Shown one piece after another: positions 1-9,201 of a DNA stretch of 64,000 nucleotides. The notes under the pieces are model-generated. The model was not told the origin of the DNA and ran no database searches. It worked only from the letters and a program-made list of their open reading frames with translations. Source of the stretch: Bacteroidia bacterium (GTDB taxonomy: Bacteria; Bacteroidota; Bacteroidia; NS11-12g; UBA9320); NCBI GenBank assembly GCA_020053795.1, contig JAGVMN010000007.1, positions 31,248 to 95,247 on the forward strand. The letters are read 5' to 3'. Made by a program: the position numbers and the translations under genes. How positions within the stretch are numbered: the stretch's first letter is position 1; each line of letters opens with the position of its first letter.

Positions 1-142
1 CGTACAGGGTGCTGTTGACAGGTACTGAAGTGATGGCACAACTGCCTCCTGAACAACCAACATAGTGGAAATAAAGGTATCCTCCAATGGCCCCAATTAT
101 AACCCCGAAAATCGTGATCAAATATTTTTTTATAAAGTTCAT
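1..142 (-). CDS. DUF6132-like small membrane protein (partial, runs off window start)
   Basis: Manual translation MNFIKKYLITIFGVIIGAIGGYLYFHYVGCSGGSCAITSVPVNSTLY; ATG overlaps the TGA of the upstream gene (ATGA at 139-142). Confidence 0.75.
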   Translation of the reverse strand, partial: MNFIKKYLITIFGVIIGAIGGYLYFHYVGCSGGSCAITSVPVNSTLY

Positions 143-1494
143 TTCTGAAATGATTTTACTGCTTCACTTAAATCAAATACTTCAATATTGTCTTTCATCG
201 CGGCTTTGATGATACTGCTTCCCGCAGCACTTCTGTAGCCTCCGGCACAATGTACTAAAATAGGTTTATGGGTGGGCAATTCGGCGGTTCGTTCCCTCAG
301 TTCATGCAGGGGTATGTGGATGGTGTCTGCAAAAATTCTATTGACTTTTGCCTCCGAATGATGGCGTATATCAATGATAGAGAAGGCATCTTGGTTATTT
401 TTCAAAGATGCTGTATCAAAAAAATTCATTTCCGTATCGCCATAATGGAGAACGAAGGCCATTTCAATCTGAGATTCGTAACCAATCTTTGCACTCCGAT
501 CAATCAGTTCTGATAATACAAGATCATTTTCGGCCAACAGATAGAATTTTTCATTTGGTGCAACAATGCTTCCAAGCCAGGTTTCAAATCTGAGGTCATT
601 CATCAGGTTGATAGAATTTTTCAAATGTGATTTCTTAAAAACGGCTTGCGGTCTGCTGTCAATAATCAATATATCCGGATTCAATGCTCTTGCACATCCT
701 TCGCATTTGACCGGTTCACGCCGTCTTACTTTTGAAACACTGGTTTCATATTTGAGGGCTCCTTTTTTATTGAGCCCTACATTGAATGTAAAATACTTTG
801 GTATAAAAGGTTGATCAGATAAAAGTTCATCAACAAAGTCCTTTTCAGTCATATTCTGCAAACTCCAGTTGCTTATTTTTTCTGCTCCGATGCTGCTGCT
901 TTTCTGTTCGCTCAACCCTTTGCCGCAAAGGCTTCCGGCACCATGGGCCGGGAATAACAGCACATCGTCTGGCAGGGTCATCAGCTTAATGCGTAGTGAA
1001 TGATACATTTGCTTTGCCAGTTCTTCTCTTGAAGCAGTAATTGCTCCGGCTTGTTCTCTCAGGTCCGGTCGGCCACAATCTCCAATGAACAAAGTGTCGC
1101 CGCTGAAAACGGCTATTTCTTTACCGCTTTCGTTAATAGCAACGATGCTGATACTGTCGGGAGAGTGACCTGGTGTATTGAGGGCTTTTAAGGTGATATT
1201 CCCCAACACAATGGCATCTCCTTCATCGAAAGTCTGATGTTCATATTCGGCATCAAGCAATTGGCTGACATATAGGGTGGCTCCCGTGGTTTCGTGAATT
1301 TCTTTGTGGCTGCTGACAAAGTCGGCATGCGGATGCGTTTCAATTACAGTTGTAATTTTGACTTTCTGATCTTTTGCCAGATCATAATATGCCTTCGGAT
1401 TTCTTGACGGGTCAACTAAAGCCATCTCACCATTACTGATGATTGCATAGGAGTAATGGGACAGATTTTTATCTTCAAATTGTTTGATTTTCAC
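139..1494 (-). CDS. MBL-fold metallo-hydrolase with rhodanese domains (persulfide dioxygenase/sulfurtransferase-like)
   Basis: THPHADF metal motif, TPGHS, GDTLF, PAHGAGSLCG; C-terminal rhodanese loop HCAGGYRS. Confidence 0.9.
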   Translation of the reverse strand: MKIKQFEDKNLSHYSYAIISNGEMALVDPSRNPKAYYDLAKDQKVKITTVIETHPHADFVSSHKEIHETTGATLYVSQLLDAEYEHQTFDEGDAIVLGNITLKALNTPGHSPDSISIVAINESGKEIAVFSGDTLFIGDCGRPDLREQAGAITASREELAKQMYHSLRIKLMTLPDDVLLFPAHGAGSLCGKGLSEQKSSSIGAEKISNWSLQNMTEKDFVDELLSDQPFIPKYFTFNVGLNKKGALKYETSVSKVRRREPVKCEGCARALNPDILIIDSRPQAVFKKSHLKNSINLMNDLRFETWLGSIVAPNEKFYLLAENDLVLSELIDRSAKIGYESQIEMAFVLHYGDTEMNFFDTASLKNNQDAFSIIDIRHHSEAKVNRIFADTIHIPLHELRERTAELPTHKPILVHCAGGYRSAAGSSIIKAAMKDNIEVFDLSEAVKSFQK

Positions 1495-1544
1495 TTCTCT
1501 TTATTTTTATAGTACAAAGGTCGTATGAGGATTTTAGCATGATG

Positions 1545-1559
1545 GTTACAAAAGTTACA
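1545..1559 (-). promoter_or_regulatory. Putative Crp/Fnr-family binding site upstream of the MBL gene
   Basis: Minus strand TGTAAC-TTTT-GTAAC; begins 30 bp from the TTTG of a -7-like element (1515-1518); same geometry as the site at 2925. Confidence 0.55.
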
Positions 1560-1566
1560 CAGGCCA

Positions 1567-2166
1567 TTATTTTTCCGTCATCCCAACAAATCTGATAACA
1601 TTAGCCAAGCCTTGATGGTATGCTCCTTCATTAAGGATTATCGTTTTTGTTTCAAGAAGTTTTACGTGCATGCCTTTGAAGTCGGCTTGTAACATCTCAA
1701 CAGTGTAAAGCATGTTCAAGTCTTTAGGACCGCCGGATGTGTTGTAAATCTGAAGCGGGTTGAATGCTTCCAGTATCATTAGGCCGCCGGGTTTTAACCA
1801 CTTCATTATTTTCTGATGTACGGTTGATCTTATCTTCATTGGGAAATGGGCATAAATCAAAGCAGCCGCATCAAAGGTGTTGGCCGGATAATCAATGTTG
1901 GCCGCATCGGCAATTTTATATGAAATGTCCACGTCATTAAGTTTAGCCAATCTCAGGGCTTTTTTCATTCCTTCTTCACTAAGATCAAAAGCTTCGGTCT
2001 CCCAGCCCTGCAAACCGGCATACACAGAGTTGCGGCCTTCTCCATCGCAGGGAAATATAATTTTTCCTAAGGGAAGATTCTGAAGTTGCCCGGCAAGGAA
2101 TTGATTAGGTTCCTTTCCATAAACAAATTCATCCTGACTGTATCTTTCGTTCCAAAAGTTGTTCAT
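1567..2166 (-). CDS. Class I SAM-dependent methyltransferase
   Basis: FWNERY...YGKEPN N-terminus, PCDGEGRN motif I, LKPGG. Confidence 0.85.
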   Translation of the reverse strand: MNNFWNERYSQDEFVYGKEPNQFLAGQLQNLPLGKIIFPCDGEGRNSVYAGLQGWETEAFDLSEEGMKKALRLAKLNDVDISYKIADAANIDYPANTFDAAALIYAHFPMKIRSTVHQKIMKWLKPGGLMILEAFNPLQIYNTSGGPKDLNMLYTVEMLQADFKGMHVKLLETKTIILNEGAYHQGLANVIRFVGMTEK

Positions 2167-2239
2167 TGGTGGAATTTGTTTTTTTATACTCTTGTCTGAA
2201 CCATCAATTCAAATGATTTGAATACATTGGTCTTTCGGA

Positions 2240-2446
2240 TTATTTCTGTTTTCTTTTAGTTGAAATTCCGAAGGGTAAATACAATGGGCAGATGCCAATA
2301 AAACTTGTTGCAACCAACAGCACCGCAACAATGAGCAGGATAATAGCCGTGGTTCCTGAAATTTGACTGATAAAGTACAACACGGTGATGATTATTACAG
2401 CGAGGATTCTCATAACATTGTCTGCCATTCCAATATTTGTTTTCAT
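2240..2446 (-). CDS. DUF2892/YgaP-family membrane protein
   Basis: Two TM helices; signature GICPLYLPFGIST. Confidence 0.85.
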   Translation of the reverse strand: MKTNIGMADNVMRILAVIIITVLYFISQISGTTAIILLIVAVLLVATSFIGICPLYLPFGISTKRKQK

Positions 2447-2473
2447 GAGTTTGTATTTTTAAACGATTTGGTT

Positions 2474-2860
2474 TTAAAGGCTTTCGATGACTTTGTTTAG
2501 CTTTTCTCTCACCTGCCCGGCCACATTTCCTAAAGAATTATTTTTAATGGCCATCATGGACGCAACCGGGTCCACAGCGGTTACTTCCACTTTCCCGTTT
2601 TCGTGCTCCTGAACAATGATATTGCAGGGAAGCATGGTGCCTATTTTGTCTTCAGATTGTATGGCCTTATATGCAAAATGCGGATTGCAGGCTCCCAGAA
2701 TGCGGTATTTCCTAAAATCAATGTCAAGTTTCTTTTTAAAAGTATCCTGCACATCAATTTCAGTGAGGACACCGAAACCTTCTTTTTTAAGTTCTTCTGT
2801 AACTTTGCCAATTGCTGTGTCAAAGTCATAACTGACGGTTTTTGAAAAATGATAGCTCAT
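2474..2860 (-). CDS. DUF302 domain protein
   Basis: EGFGVLTEID, ILGACNP, MLPCNIIV motifs. Confidence 0.9.
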   Translation of the reverse strand: MSYHFSKTVSYDFDTAIGKVTEELKKEGFGVLTEIDVQDTFKKKLDIDFRKYRILGACNPHFAYKAIQSEDKIGTMLPCNIIVQEHENGKVEVTAVDPVASMMAIKNNSLGNVAGQVREKLNKVIESL

Positions 2861-2924
2861 GTTGTTAGCGGTTTTTTTTTGATTTATTAGACCGCAAAAC
2901 TCCGTTATAAAAAATTAATGTTTG

Positions 2925-2939
2925 GTGACTTTTGTCACA
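2925..2939 (-). promoter_or_regulatory. Putative Crp/Fnr-family binding site upstream of the DUF302 gene
   Basis: Palindrome GTGAC-N4-GTCAC; begins 30 bp from the TTTG of a -7-like element (2895-2898). Confidence 0.55.
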
Positions 2940-3555
2940 TAAGGTTAATTTTATTCCTACCCAGTTTCACCAACCCTTCATCTTCCATTTGTTTGAGCAG
3001 GCGGGAGACAACCACGCGTGCCGTTCCGAGTTCATTGGCTAATTGCTCATGAGTTACAATCAGGGTATGGCTTTTGGTCATTTCGCATTTCTTTTTGATG
3101 AAATTCAGCAATCTTTCATCCATTTTTTTGAAGGCAACCGCGTTTACCACTTCCAGAAGTTCCTCGAAGCGTTTGTGGTAGAGACGGAAAATGTAATCGA
3201 GCCATTGGGGATATTCCTTAATGAGCAGGGTGACCTTTTCAATGGGGATAAAGAGTATTTCGGTGTCTTCCTCGGCAATGGCTTTCACCTTGCTGGTATC
3301 GGAGTGCATGCCGCCCAAAAAAGACATGATACAACTTTCCCCGGCTTTTATGTAATAGAGCAAAATCTCCCTGCCGTCTTCATCTGTCCTTAGCACCCGA
3401 ACACTTCCTTTAGTCACAATGGGTATGGATTTGATGTAGGCATGCTCGTTCAGAATCACATCTCCCTCGGAAAAGCTTTTGGTGATACCGTATTCAGCGA
3501 GTTTTTCCCTGACATCGGGTGAAGATTTGAATTCCGCCAATTTGTCTAATTCCAT
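2935..3555 (-). CDS. Crp/Fnr family transcriptional regulator
   Basis: cNMP-binding-like domain (GREILLYYI..GESC) and HTH THEQLANELGTARVVVSRLL. Confidence 0.92.
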   Translation of the reverse strand: MELDKLAEFKSSPDVREKLAEYGITKSFSEGDVILNEHAYIKSIPIVTKGSVRVLRTDEDGREILLYYIKAGESCIMSFLGGMHSDTSKVKAIAEEDTEILFIPIEKVTLLIKEYPQWLDYIFRLYHKRFEELLEVVNAVAFKKMDERLLNFIKKKCEMTKSHTLIVTHEQLANELGTARVVVSRLLKQMEDEGLVKLGRNKINLM

Positions 3556-3559
3556 GCCG

Positions 3560-3567
3560 CAAAGGTA
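3560..3567 (-). promoter_or_regulatory. Bacteroidetes sigma-A -7 element
   Basis: TACCTTTG matches TAnnTTTG, 4 nt upstream of the Crp/Fnr ATG. Confidence 0.6.
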
Positions 3568-3753
3568 AAGAGATAAACCTTCAAAAGGTAATATGTGCCT
3601 GATTTGGTGTGAGTAAGAAATATGCTTTGATAAATATTGATCTCGTCAAATGACTTCAAAATAGCGATCAGGTGGCCATCCGTTCACGTTTCTATTTCCT
3701 TATGGTGCTAAAAATTTGTCACCCGTTAATCGGAAATCATTATTAAAAAAAAT

Positions 3754-3777
3754 AAAAAAAGCACGGAATTTCCGTGC
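3754..3777 (-). terminator. Rho-independent terminator at the end of the glycan operon
   Basis: GCACGGA/TCCGTGC stem followed by a T-run on the minus strand, just after the last GT gene. Confidence 0.75.
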
Positions 3778-3799
3778 CTGTTTCAAATGATAGATTATC

Positions 3800-4978
3800 T
3801 TATCTGCTGAACTTTTCGAACAGCGATTTCAAAATCAAGACCTGTCTCTTATGGCCAAAAAAAGTCTCGCAAACTTGTCTTCCCTTTTTGCCAACAGCAT
3901 CAAACCTTTCATAATCCTTGTATCTCTCTGATATTATAGTGCAGAGTGATTCGACATTCCCTGCCTCAACCAAAAAACCGGTTTCGCCGTCTTTGATGAA
4001 TTTTGGGATATCGCCAACATTGGCTGAAATCATTGGTCTTCCCGTCGCCATGTATTCGGCCAGTTTTGTCGGTAAACCGAATTCCGAATAGTCTTCGGCA
4101 GTCTTGTTGATAATCAAAAGGTCACATTCAGCCAACAATTCCGGAATGTCATCGTAGGTAACGGCACCGGTTTTTTCAACCGCCTCCTTATTAACTCCGC
4201 TTTGGGCAAGCAGGGTTTCATAAAATTTCATGTAAGGATTGTAACCGATCAAACGCAACTTCAGGTCTTTGTTTGTTTCAGAGGCTTTTGCGAATGCCTC
4301 GATAATTCCGATAACATTATCTTTTGGTGCAAACGAACCGAGATAACCAATGCGGTTGGTTCGGGTATCCGGGGGATCTTTAAATCGGGAAAAGTCAACA
4401 ATGGCAGGGATGATGGTAACGCGGTCTTGACCGTATCCTGAAACAAATACGGCCTTCATTCTTTCAGAGATAACCACCAAATGTCGGGTGAAAAAGGGGA
4501 GGAGCAACAGGTTGATTCTGTGCAGGAAAATGGAGCATCGCTCTTTTATATTCTTTGGGATAAAAGCGGGTTCGTATTCAGTTTTCTCAGCAATCAGGGG
4601 TTTTCCGGACAGGGCCTGGTAAAGATATACAGGTAAAAACTCGGGTAAGCCTGGCTGATAAACATACATCAAGTCAAATCCTTTTCCTTTGCAAAGCAAA
4701 AAACAAAAGCAACGAAACAAGTTGGAGATTTTTTTTAAATTTCTGATCACCGGATTTCCCGATCTGACGTTAGAGCCGCAAAGGTATTGATAATATGTTC
4801 CATCTTTTATCCCCTTCAGTTGGGCATTCATTCCGGTTTCATTGAATTTGGTTGGAGCCAAAGTAAAAAAAGAAGCATCCACATCAAGTTCCTTCAAACC
4901 CTTAGCATAGGCTCTGAGTCGGGAGGTGGCGGCATTTCCTTCAACAAAATCGGAGCATGAGAAAAAGGCAACTTTCAT
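3800..4978 (-). CDS. Glycosyltransferase family 4
   Basis: GT-B; FGLPTKLAEYMATGRPMI, GDIP..IKDGETG. Confidence 0.88.
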   Translation of the reverse strand: MKVAFFSCSDFVEGNAATSRLRAYAKGLKELDVDASFFTLAPTKFNETGMNAQLKGIKDGTYYQYLCGSNVRSGNPVIRNLKKISNLFRCFCFLLCKGKGFDLMYVYQPGLPEFLPVYLYQALSGKPLIAEKTEYEPAFIPKNIKERCSIFLHRINLLLLPFFTRHLVVISERMKAVFVSGYGQDRVTIIPAIVDFSRFKDPPDTRTNRIGYLGSFAPKDNVIGIIEAFAKASETNKDLKLRLIGYNPYMKFYETLLAQSGVNKEAVEKTGAVTYDDIPELLAECDLLIINKTAEDYSEFGLPTKLAEYMATGRPMISANVGDIPKFIKDGETGFLVEAGNVESLCTIISERYKDYERFDAVGKKGRQVCETFFGHKRQVLILKSLFEKFSR

Positions 4979-4989
4979 TCAAAGAAGGG

Positions 4990-5040
4990 TCGCACGGAGA
5001 CATGGAGAATTAACTCAGTGAACTCCGGGCCTCCGTGCGA
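4990..5040. repeat. Intergenic inverted repeat / REP-like hairpin
   Basis: Perfect 10-bp arms TCGCACGGAG / CTCCGTGCGA plus inner GGAG/CTCC. Confidence 0.6.
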
Positions 5041-5042
5041 AA

Positions 5043-6140
5043 TTAAACCTGTTTATCTGAAGCTGCGTAAATCCGCTCGATAATCTCCACCACTTTGGTG
5101 CCTTCAAGGGCATTGGCTGTTATCTCACCGGTTCCCCTGAGGGTTTCAATCACATTGTCTATCATCAAATGGTGATTGGCCGCACTGCCGCTGTATGGCC
5201 CATAGCTGTTAGCCTGATTGGTTTCTGATAAAACCGGCATGTCATAGTTTTCAATATGGCAATATTCCACTGTATTCATGTATTGCCCGCCGATTTTTAA
5301 ACTGCCTTTAGAACCTATAACTGTCATGGAACTCTCCATGTTTTTATCCCAAACAGAAGTGGAGAAATTAATAACCCCAAGACCGCCTTTTTCAAATTCA
5401 AAAATACTGTTGCCTGTATCGGCAAAAGCGGTGGTCTCCTGATGATTGAAACTCGTCGTGTTGGTTTTAATATTTCGGATATCGCCAAATACCCAGTACA
5501 TGATATCAATAAAATGACTGAATTGCGTGAACAAAACCCCGCCATCTAGTTCTATGCTGCCTTTCCATGGGTGTAAACCTTTAGCGATTCTTAATTTCAT
5601 GATGTCTGTCTGGGTTTTGTTTTCAAAATTCCCTTCTAAGGTCAACTGCCCGGGTACCCGGTAATACCTTTCATCGCGGTTCCAATAACAGTTTATCTGA
5701 ACCATGAATATTTCGCCAAGGGTTTTTGTTTCCGCCAGATTTTTAAGCCAGACACTTGGCGGACTATATCGGTTTTGTTTGACAACGAATACCTGTTTGT
5801 TCGACTGCATAGATTGATGTATCACTGCCTCGCAGGAGGATTTTGTCAGACCCATGGGTTTTTCTATCACCACATGTTTACCTCGTTTCAAACATTGAAT
5901 GGCCTGTGAGGTGTGCAGACCGTTGGGGGTGCAAATACAGACCACATCCGTCGAAGTATCGTTCTCTAAAAACGTCACAAGAGAAGAGTAAAATGGAATG
6001 CCGGCCGGAATATCCAAATCAGTTCTGAAATCAATCACAGCGGTCAGTTCAGCACCATCATCTGCCTGGATAACAGATGCGTGACGCTTACCAATATGCC
6101 CGTATCCACAAACAGCAAAACGAATGAATTTTGAATTCAC
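5043..6140 (-). CDS. Gfo/Idh/MocA oxidoreductase (WlbA/WbpB-like nucleotide-sugar dehydrogenase)
   Basis: GYGHIG Rossmann motif, CTPNGLH, EKPM, VKQNRY, DGGVLFTQFSHFID. Confidence 0.85.
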   Translation of the reverse strand: MNSKFIRFAVCGYGHIGKRHASVIQADDGAELTAVIDFRTDLDIPAGIPFYSSLVTFLENDTSTDVVCICTPNGLHTSQAIQCLKRGKHVVIEKPMGLTKSSCEAVIHQSMQSNKQVFVVKQNRYSPPSVWLKNLAETKTLGEIFMVQINCYWNRDERYYRVPGQLTLEGNFENKTQTDIMKLRIAKGLHPWKGSIELDGGVLFTQFSHFIDIMYWVFGDIRNIKTNTTSFNHQETTAFADTGNSIFEFEKGGLGVINFSTSVWDKNMESSMTVIGSKGSLKIGGQYMNTVEYCHIENYDMPVLSETNQANSYGPYSGSAANHHLMIDNVIETLRGTGEITANALEGTKVVEIIERIYAASDKQV

Positions 6141-6150
6141 TGATTAATTA

Positions 6151-7380
6151 TCAATTGGAATGTGGTGTCCGCGAGTGCTCGAAAAGTGAAACAAGTTTGT
6201 AAACGTTCTTTTTAAGATAATATTCGTTGTTGACAAGGGATCTTGCGTTTTCAATAATGGTTGCTCTCAAATCGTTGTTGTAAAGCAGTTCAACGATGGC
6301 ATTGGCAATTTCGCGATGGTCTTCCGGCTGTACTAATAATCCGGTGATTCGGTGTTTTACAATATCAGGAATTCCGGCAAAGTTGGATGCAATCACAGGT
6401 GTGCCACTTGCCATAGCTTCAATGATAACTGTTGGCAATCCATCTCTCGTAGATCTCGACGGAAGTCGGCTGGGCATTATCAGCATGTCGGAGTCTGCTA
6501 TTTTTTTAATGATGGATTCCGCTTTTCTAAATCCTCTTATTTCCACCTGATCGTTCAGCGACAAACTCAAAATCAGATGTTCAAGTTTTTTTCTTTCAGG
6601 GCCCTCGCCAAAAATTCCGCAACTAAAATTTATTCCATAATCCCTCAGTTTTGAACAGGCAAATATCAGCGTGTCAAATCCTTTTTTGTCGTATAAAGCT
6701 CCAACAGCTATCAGGTTCAAACGGCTTTCGATATTGACAATGGGATTGAAAACAAACTCTGCCGGGTCTATACCGTTCGTAATATGATGAAACTTGCTTT
6801 TATCTTGCAGAAGCAAATTGAAATGAGGTTCGATCTCGCTGGAAATGGTTCGCAAAAAGACGGCTTTTGATAAGATGTTTTTCAGGAGACTCTCGGAGTA
6901 AAGACAAGAAAGGGTATGCAGTGTCAGACTGTAAGTGGCAGAATGTAATTTTGCAAACTGATAACAGGCATAGGTGGAGAGAAACAGGTGATGGCTGTGG
7001 AGATGGTTGAAAGGTTGGCGGGAATATTTGGTTCTGTAACTCAGATTGTCAATACAAAAACCCGAGAAAAGTATTTTGAAGAGACTCTTTTTTGAAAGCA
7101 AAGAGGGCAAGCTTCTGAAAAATTCAAGCGTCAGGAAAACAGATTTCCCATGAAGCAGTAAGAAAATGGTACTCACAAGATAGCTGAACGGATTCGAAGA
7201 AGGATAGATCACCTCTACTTCACCTGTAATGTAATTCAGCGATTGATTTTTTTGGAGGAGTTTAGGGCGAAGACATAAGACCCTGACGGTATGCCCGTTG
7301 TCAAGCAATTCTTTTATTTCCCGATAGATAAATACCTCGGGAGTGCTGGGGTAGGTACTCAGAACGTAATCAATTTTCAC
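6151..7380 (-). CDS. Glycosyltransferase family 4 (WcaL-like)
   Basis: DKKGFD, RDGLPTVIIEAMASGTPVI. Confidence 0.88.
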   Translation of the reverse strand: MKIDYVLSTYPSTPEVFIYREIKELLDNGHTVRVLCLRPKLLQKNQSLNYITGEVEVIYPSSNPFSYLVSTIFLLLHGKSVFLTLEFFRSLPSLLSKKSLFKILFSGFCIDNLSYRTKYSRQPFNHLHSHHLFLSTYACYQFAKLHSATYSLTLHTLSCLYSESLLKNILSKAVFLRTISSEIEPHFNLLLQDKSKFHHITNGIDPAEFVFNPIVNIESRLNLIAVGALYDKKGFDTLIFACSKLRDYGINFSCGIFGEGPERKKLEHLILSLSLNDQVEIRGFRKAESIIKKIADSDMLIMPSRLPSRSTRDGLPTVIIEAMASGTPVIASNFAGIPDIVKHRITGLLVQPEDHREIANAIVELLYNNDLRATIIENARSLVNNEYYLKKNVYKLVSLFEHSRTPHSN

Positions 7381-7970
7381 GGTTTAAAGATTTTTCTCAG
7401 GGTGAACCAAATGATTTTCAAATCAAGCAAAAAACTGCCATTGTCTATGTATTCACTGTTTATTTTCAATTTATCAGGCATCACCACTTCTACATACAAT
7501 TTTTCGGGTTGAGTTGATTTGGCCAGAAGTTCATTTTCATTGATGTATTTGATCGAAGCCCAGTCGGTAATTCCAGGTTTAACAGTCAGGACTTTTCTTT
7601 GTTCATTGGTGTACATCTCAACATAATATTCGACCTCGGGCCTTGGGCCAACAATGCTCATTTCACCTTTGAGAACGTTTATCAATTGTGGTATTTCATC
7701 CAACTTATATTTTCTAATAAACGCACCCGTTTTGGTGATTCTTTGATCATTGTTTCCTATGGTGATCAACCCATGTTTATCAGCGTTCAGAAACATACTC
7801 CGGAACTTAAACAGCCTGAAAACCAACCCGTCCTTCCCTACTCTTTTTTGACTGAAAAACACCGGTCCCCTGGATTCAGATTTGATCAGAAATGAAATAA
7901 GTAACATTAGCGGAGACAGTATCACAAGCCCGCTTAGACTGACCAAAAAATCAAAAAGACGTTTTGCCAA
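7377..7970 (-). CDS. Initiating phosphoglycosyltransferase (Bac_transf sugar transferase)
   Basis: KRLFD, KFRSM, LDEIPQLINVLKGEMSIVGPRPE. Confidence 0.93.
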   Translation of the reverse strand: MAKRLFDFLVSLSGLVILSPLMLLISFLIKSESRGPVFFSQKRVGKDGLVFRLFKFRSMFLNADKHGLITIGNNDQRITKTGAFIRKYKLDEIPQLINVLKGEMSIVGPRPEVEYYVEMYTNEQRKVLTVKPGITDWASIKYINENELLAKSTQPEKLYVEVVMPDKLKINSEYIDNGSFLLDLKIIWFTLRKIFKP

Positions 7971-9183
7971 GGGTTAGTTCTTTTTCAACAGCATCGCTCA
8001 CAGAGTGGCAAATATATTCAAGATCGGAATCAGATAGTTGGGGGTAAACGGGGAGAGAAATTTCGCGGCTGTAGTTGTCGTATGCTTTGGGAAAGTTCTC
8101 AATATCAAATCCCATCTTCTTAAACAAAGTGAGCATCGGCAGCGGAATAAAATGCACATTAACCGAAACGCCCGTTTTGGAGATTTCATCCATGATCTTG
8201 TCACGTTGATTTTCTGCTATGCCTTTGATGATAAGCATATAGAGATGGCAGGAACTGGTTTGGTTTTCGCCCGTATAAGGTGGATTAATGGCCCACTTTT
8301 TATCAGAGAAATATTTTAGGTAATATTCAAAAACCCGTTTTCTTTCCTGTTGCAACTGATCATATTTTTTCAATTGGGCCAACCCGATAGCAGCACAAAC
8401 ATCTGGCATGTTCACCTTATGACCCAGGGCAATAATATCGTATTTCCAGGCTCCGGGACCCGACTGTGATTTGGTGAAGGCATCCTTGGTTTGACCATTG
8501 AGGCTGAAAATCTTCAGGTACTTTTTGGTTTCCTGCACCTCAAATACCTCGGGTAAATTGATGCAGATGGCACCTCCTTCGGCTGTGGTAAGATTCTTCA
8601 CGGCGTGAAAGGAATAAATAACAATGTCCGCATCGAAATTAAAATGCCTGCCTTTATAAATAGATCCGAAAGAATGAGCCGCATCGGCCAATACAAGTAT
8701 TCGCCCTAACTTTTTTTGAACGTCAGTGGCAGGTTTGAACAAATGTTTTTTGTTGGCAACCAAAGCTTTAATTGAATCATAATCTGCCAACCAGCCACCA
8801 ATATCAACCGGCATGATAACTTTTGTTTTTTCGGTGATTACCTGTGCTATTTTTTTAGGGTCAATAGTGAAATCATCTTTAACATCAACCAGAACCGGGG
8901 TTGCCCCGCAGTGTAAAACCGTTAAGGCCGTTGCACTGTATGTATAAGCGGGAACTATAACTTCATCGCCCGGCCCGACGCCAAACCACTTAAGCATCAA
9001 CAAAGCTCCGGAAGTCCAAGAATTGACACATATACAGGCAGCAGCACCGGTGTATTTCTCAACGGCTTCCTCAAGGGCTTTGACCTTTGGCCCGCTGGTA
9101 ATCCATCCGGATGAAAGTGATTCTTTTACTTCGGCATAAACGTCTTCGTCTATGAATGGTGGTGAGAATGGAATTGATTTCAT
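7951..9183 (-). CDS. DegT/DnrJ/EryC1/StrS sugar aminotransferase
   Basis: IPFSPP, DAAHSFG, SFHAVKNLTTAEGG (PLP lysine); start taken at MKSIPF. Confidence 0.9.
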   Translation of the reverse strand: MKSIPFSPPFIDEDVYAEVKESLSSGWITSGPKVKALEEAVEKYTGAAACICVNSWTSGALLMLKWFGVGPGDEVIVPAYTYSATALTVLHCGATPVLVDVKDDFTIDPKKIAQVITEKTKVIMPVDIGGWLADYDSIKALVANKKHLFKPATDVQKKLGRILVLADAAHSFGSIYKGRHFNFDADIVIYSFHAVKNLTTAEGGAICINLPEVFEVQETKKYLKIFSLNGQTKDAFTKSQSGPGAWKYDIIALGHKVNMPDVCAAIGLAQLKKYDQLQQERKRVFEYYLKYFSDKKWAINPPYTGENQTSSCHLYMLIIKGIAENQRDKIMDEISKTGVSVNVHFIPLPMLTLFKKMGFDIENFPKAYDNYSREISLPVYPQLSDSDLEYICHSVSDAVEKELTLGKTSF

Positions 9184-9201
9184 GGCAATCAAAAATCAGT
9201 A

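Noticed and set aside
3627..3650. FNR-box-like TTGAT sequences upstream of the Crp/Fnr gene
   Set aside because: Wrong spacing or two mismatches in an AT-rich context.
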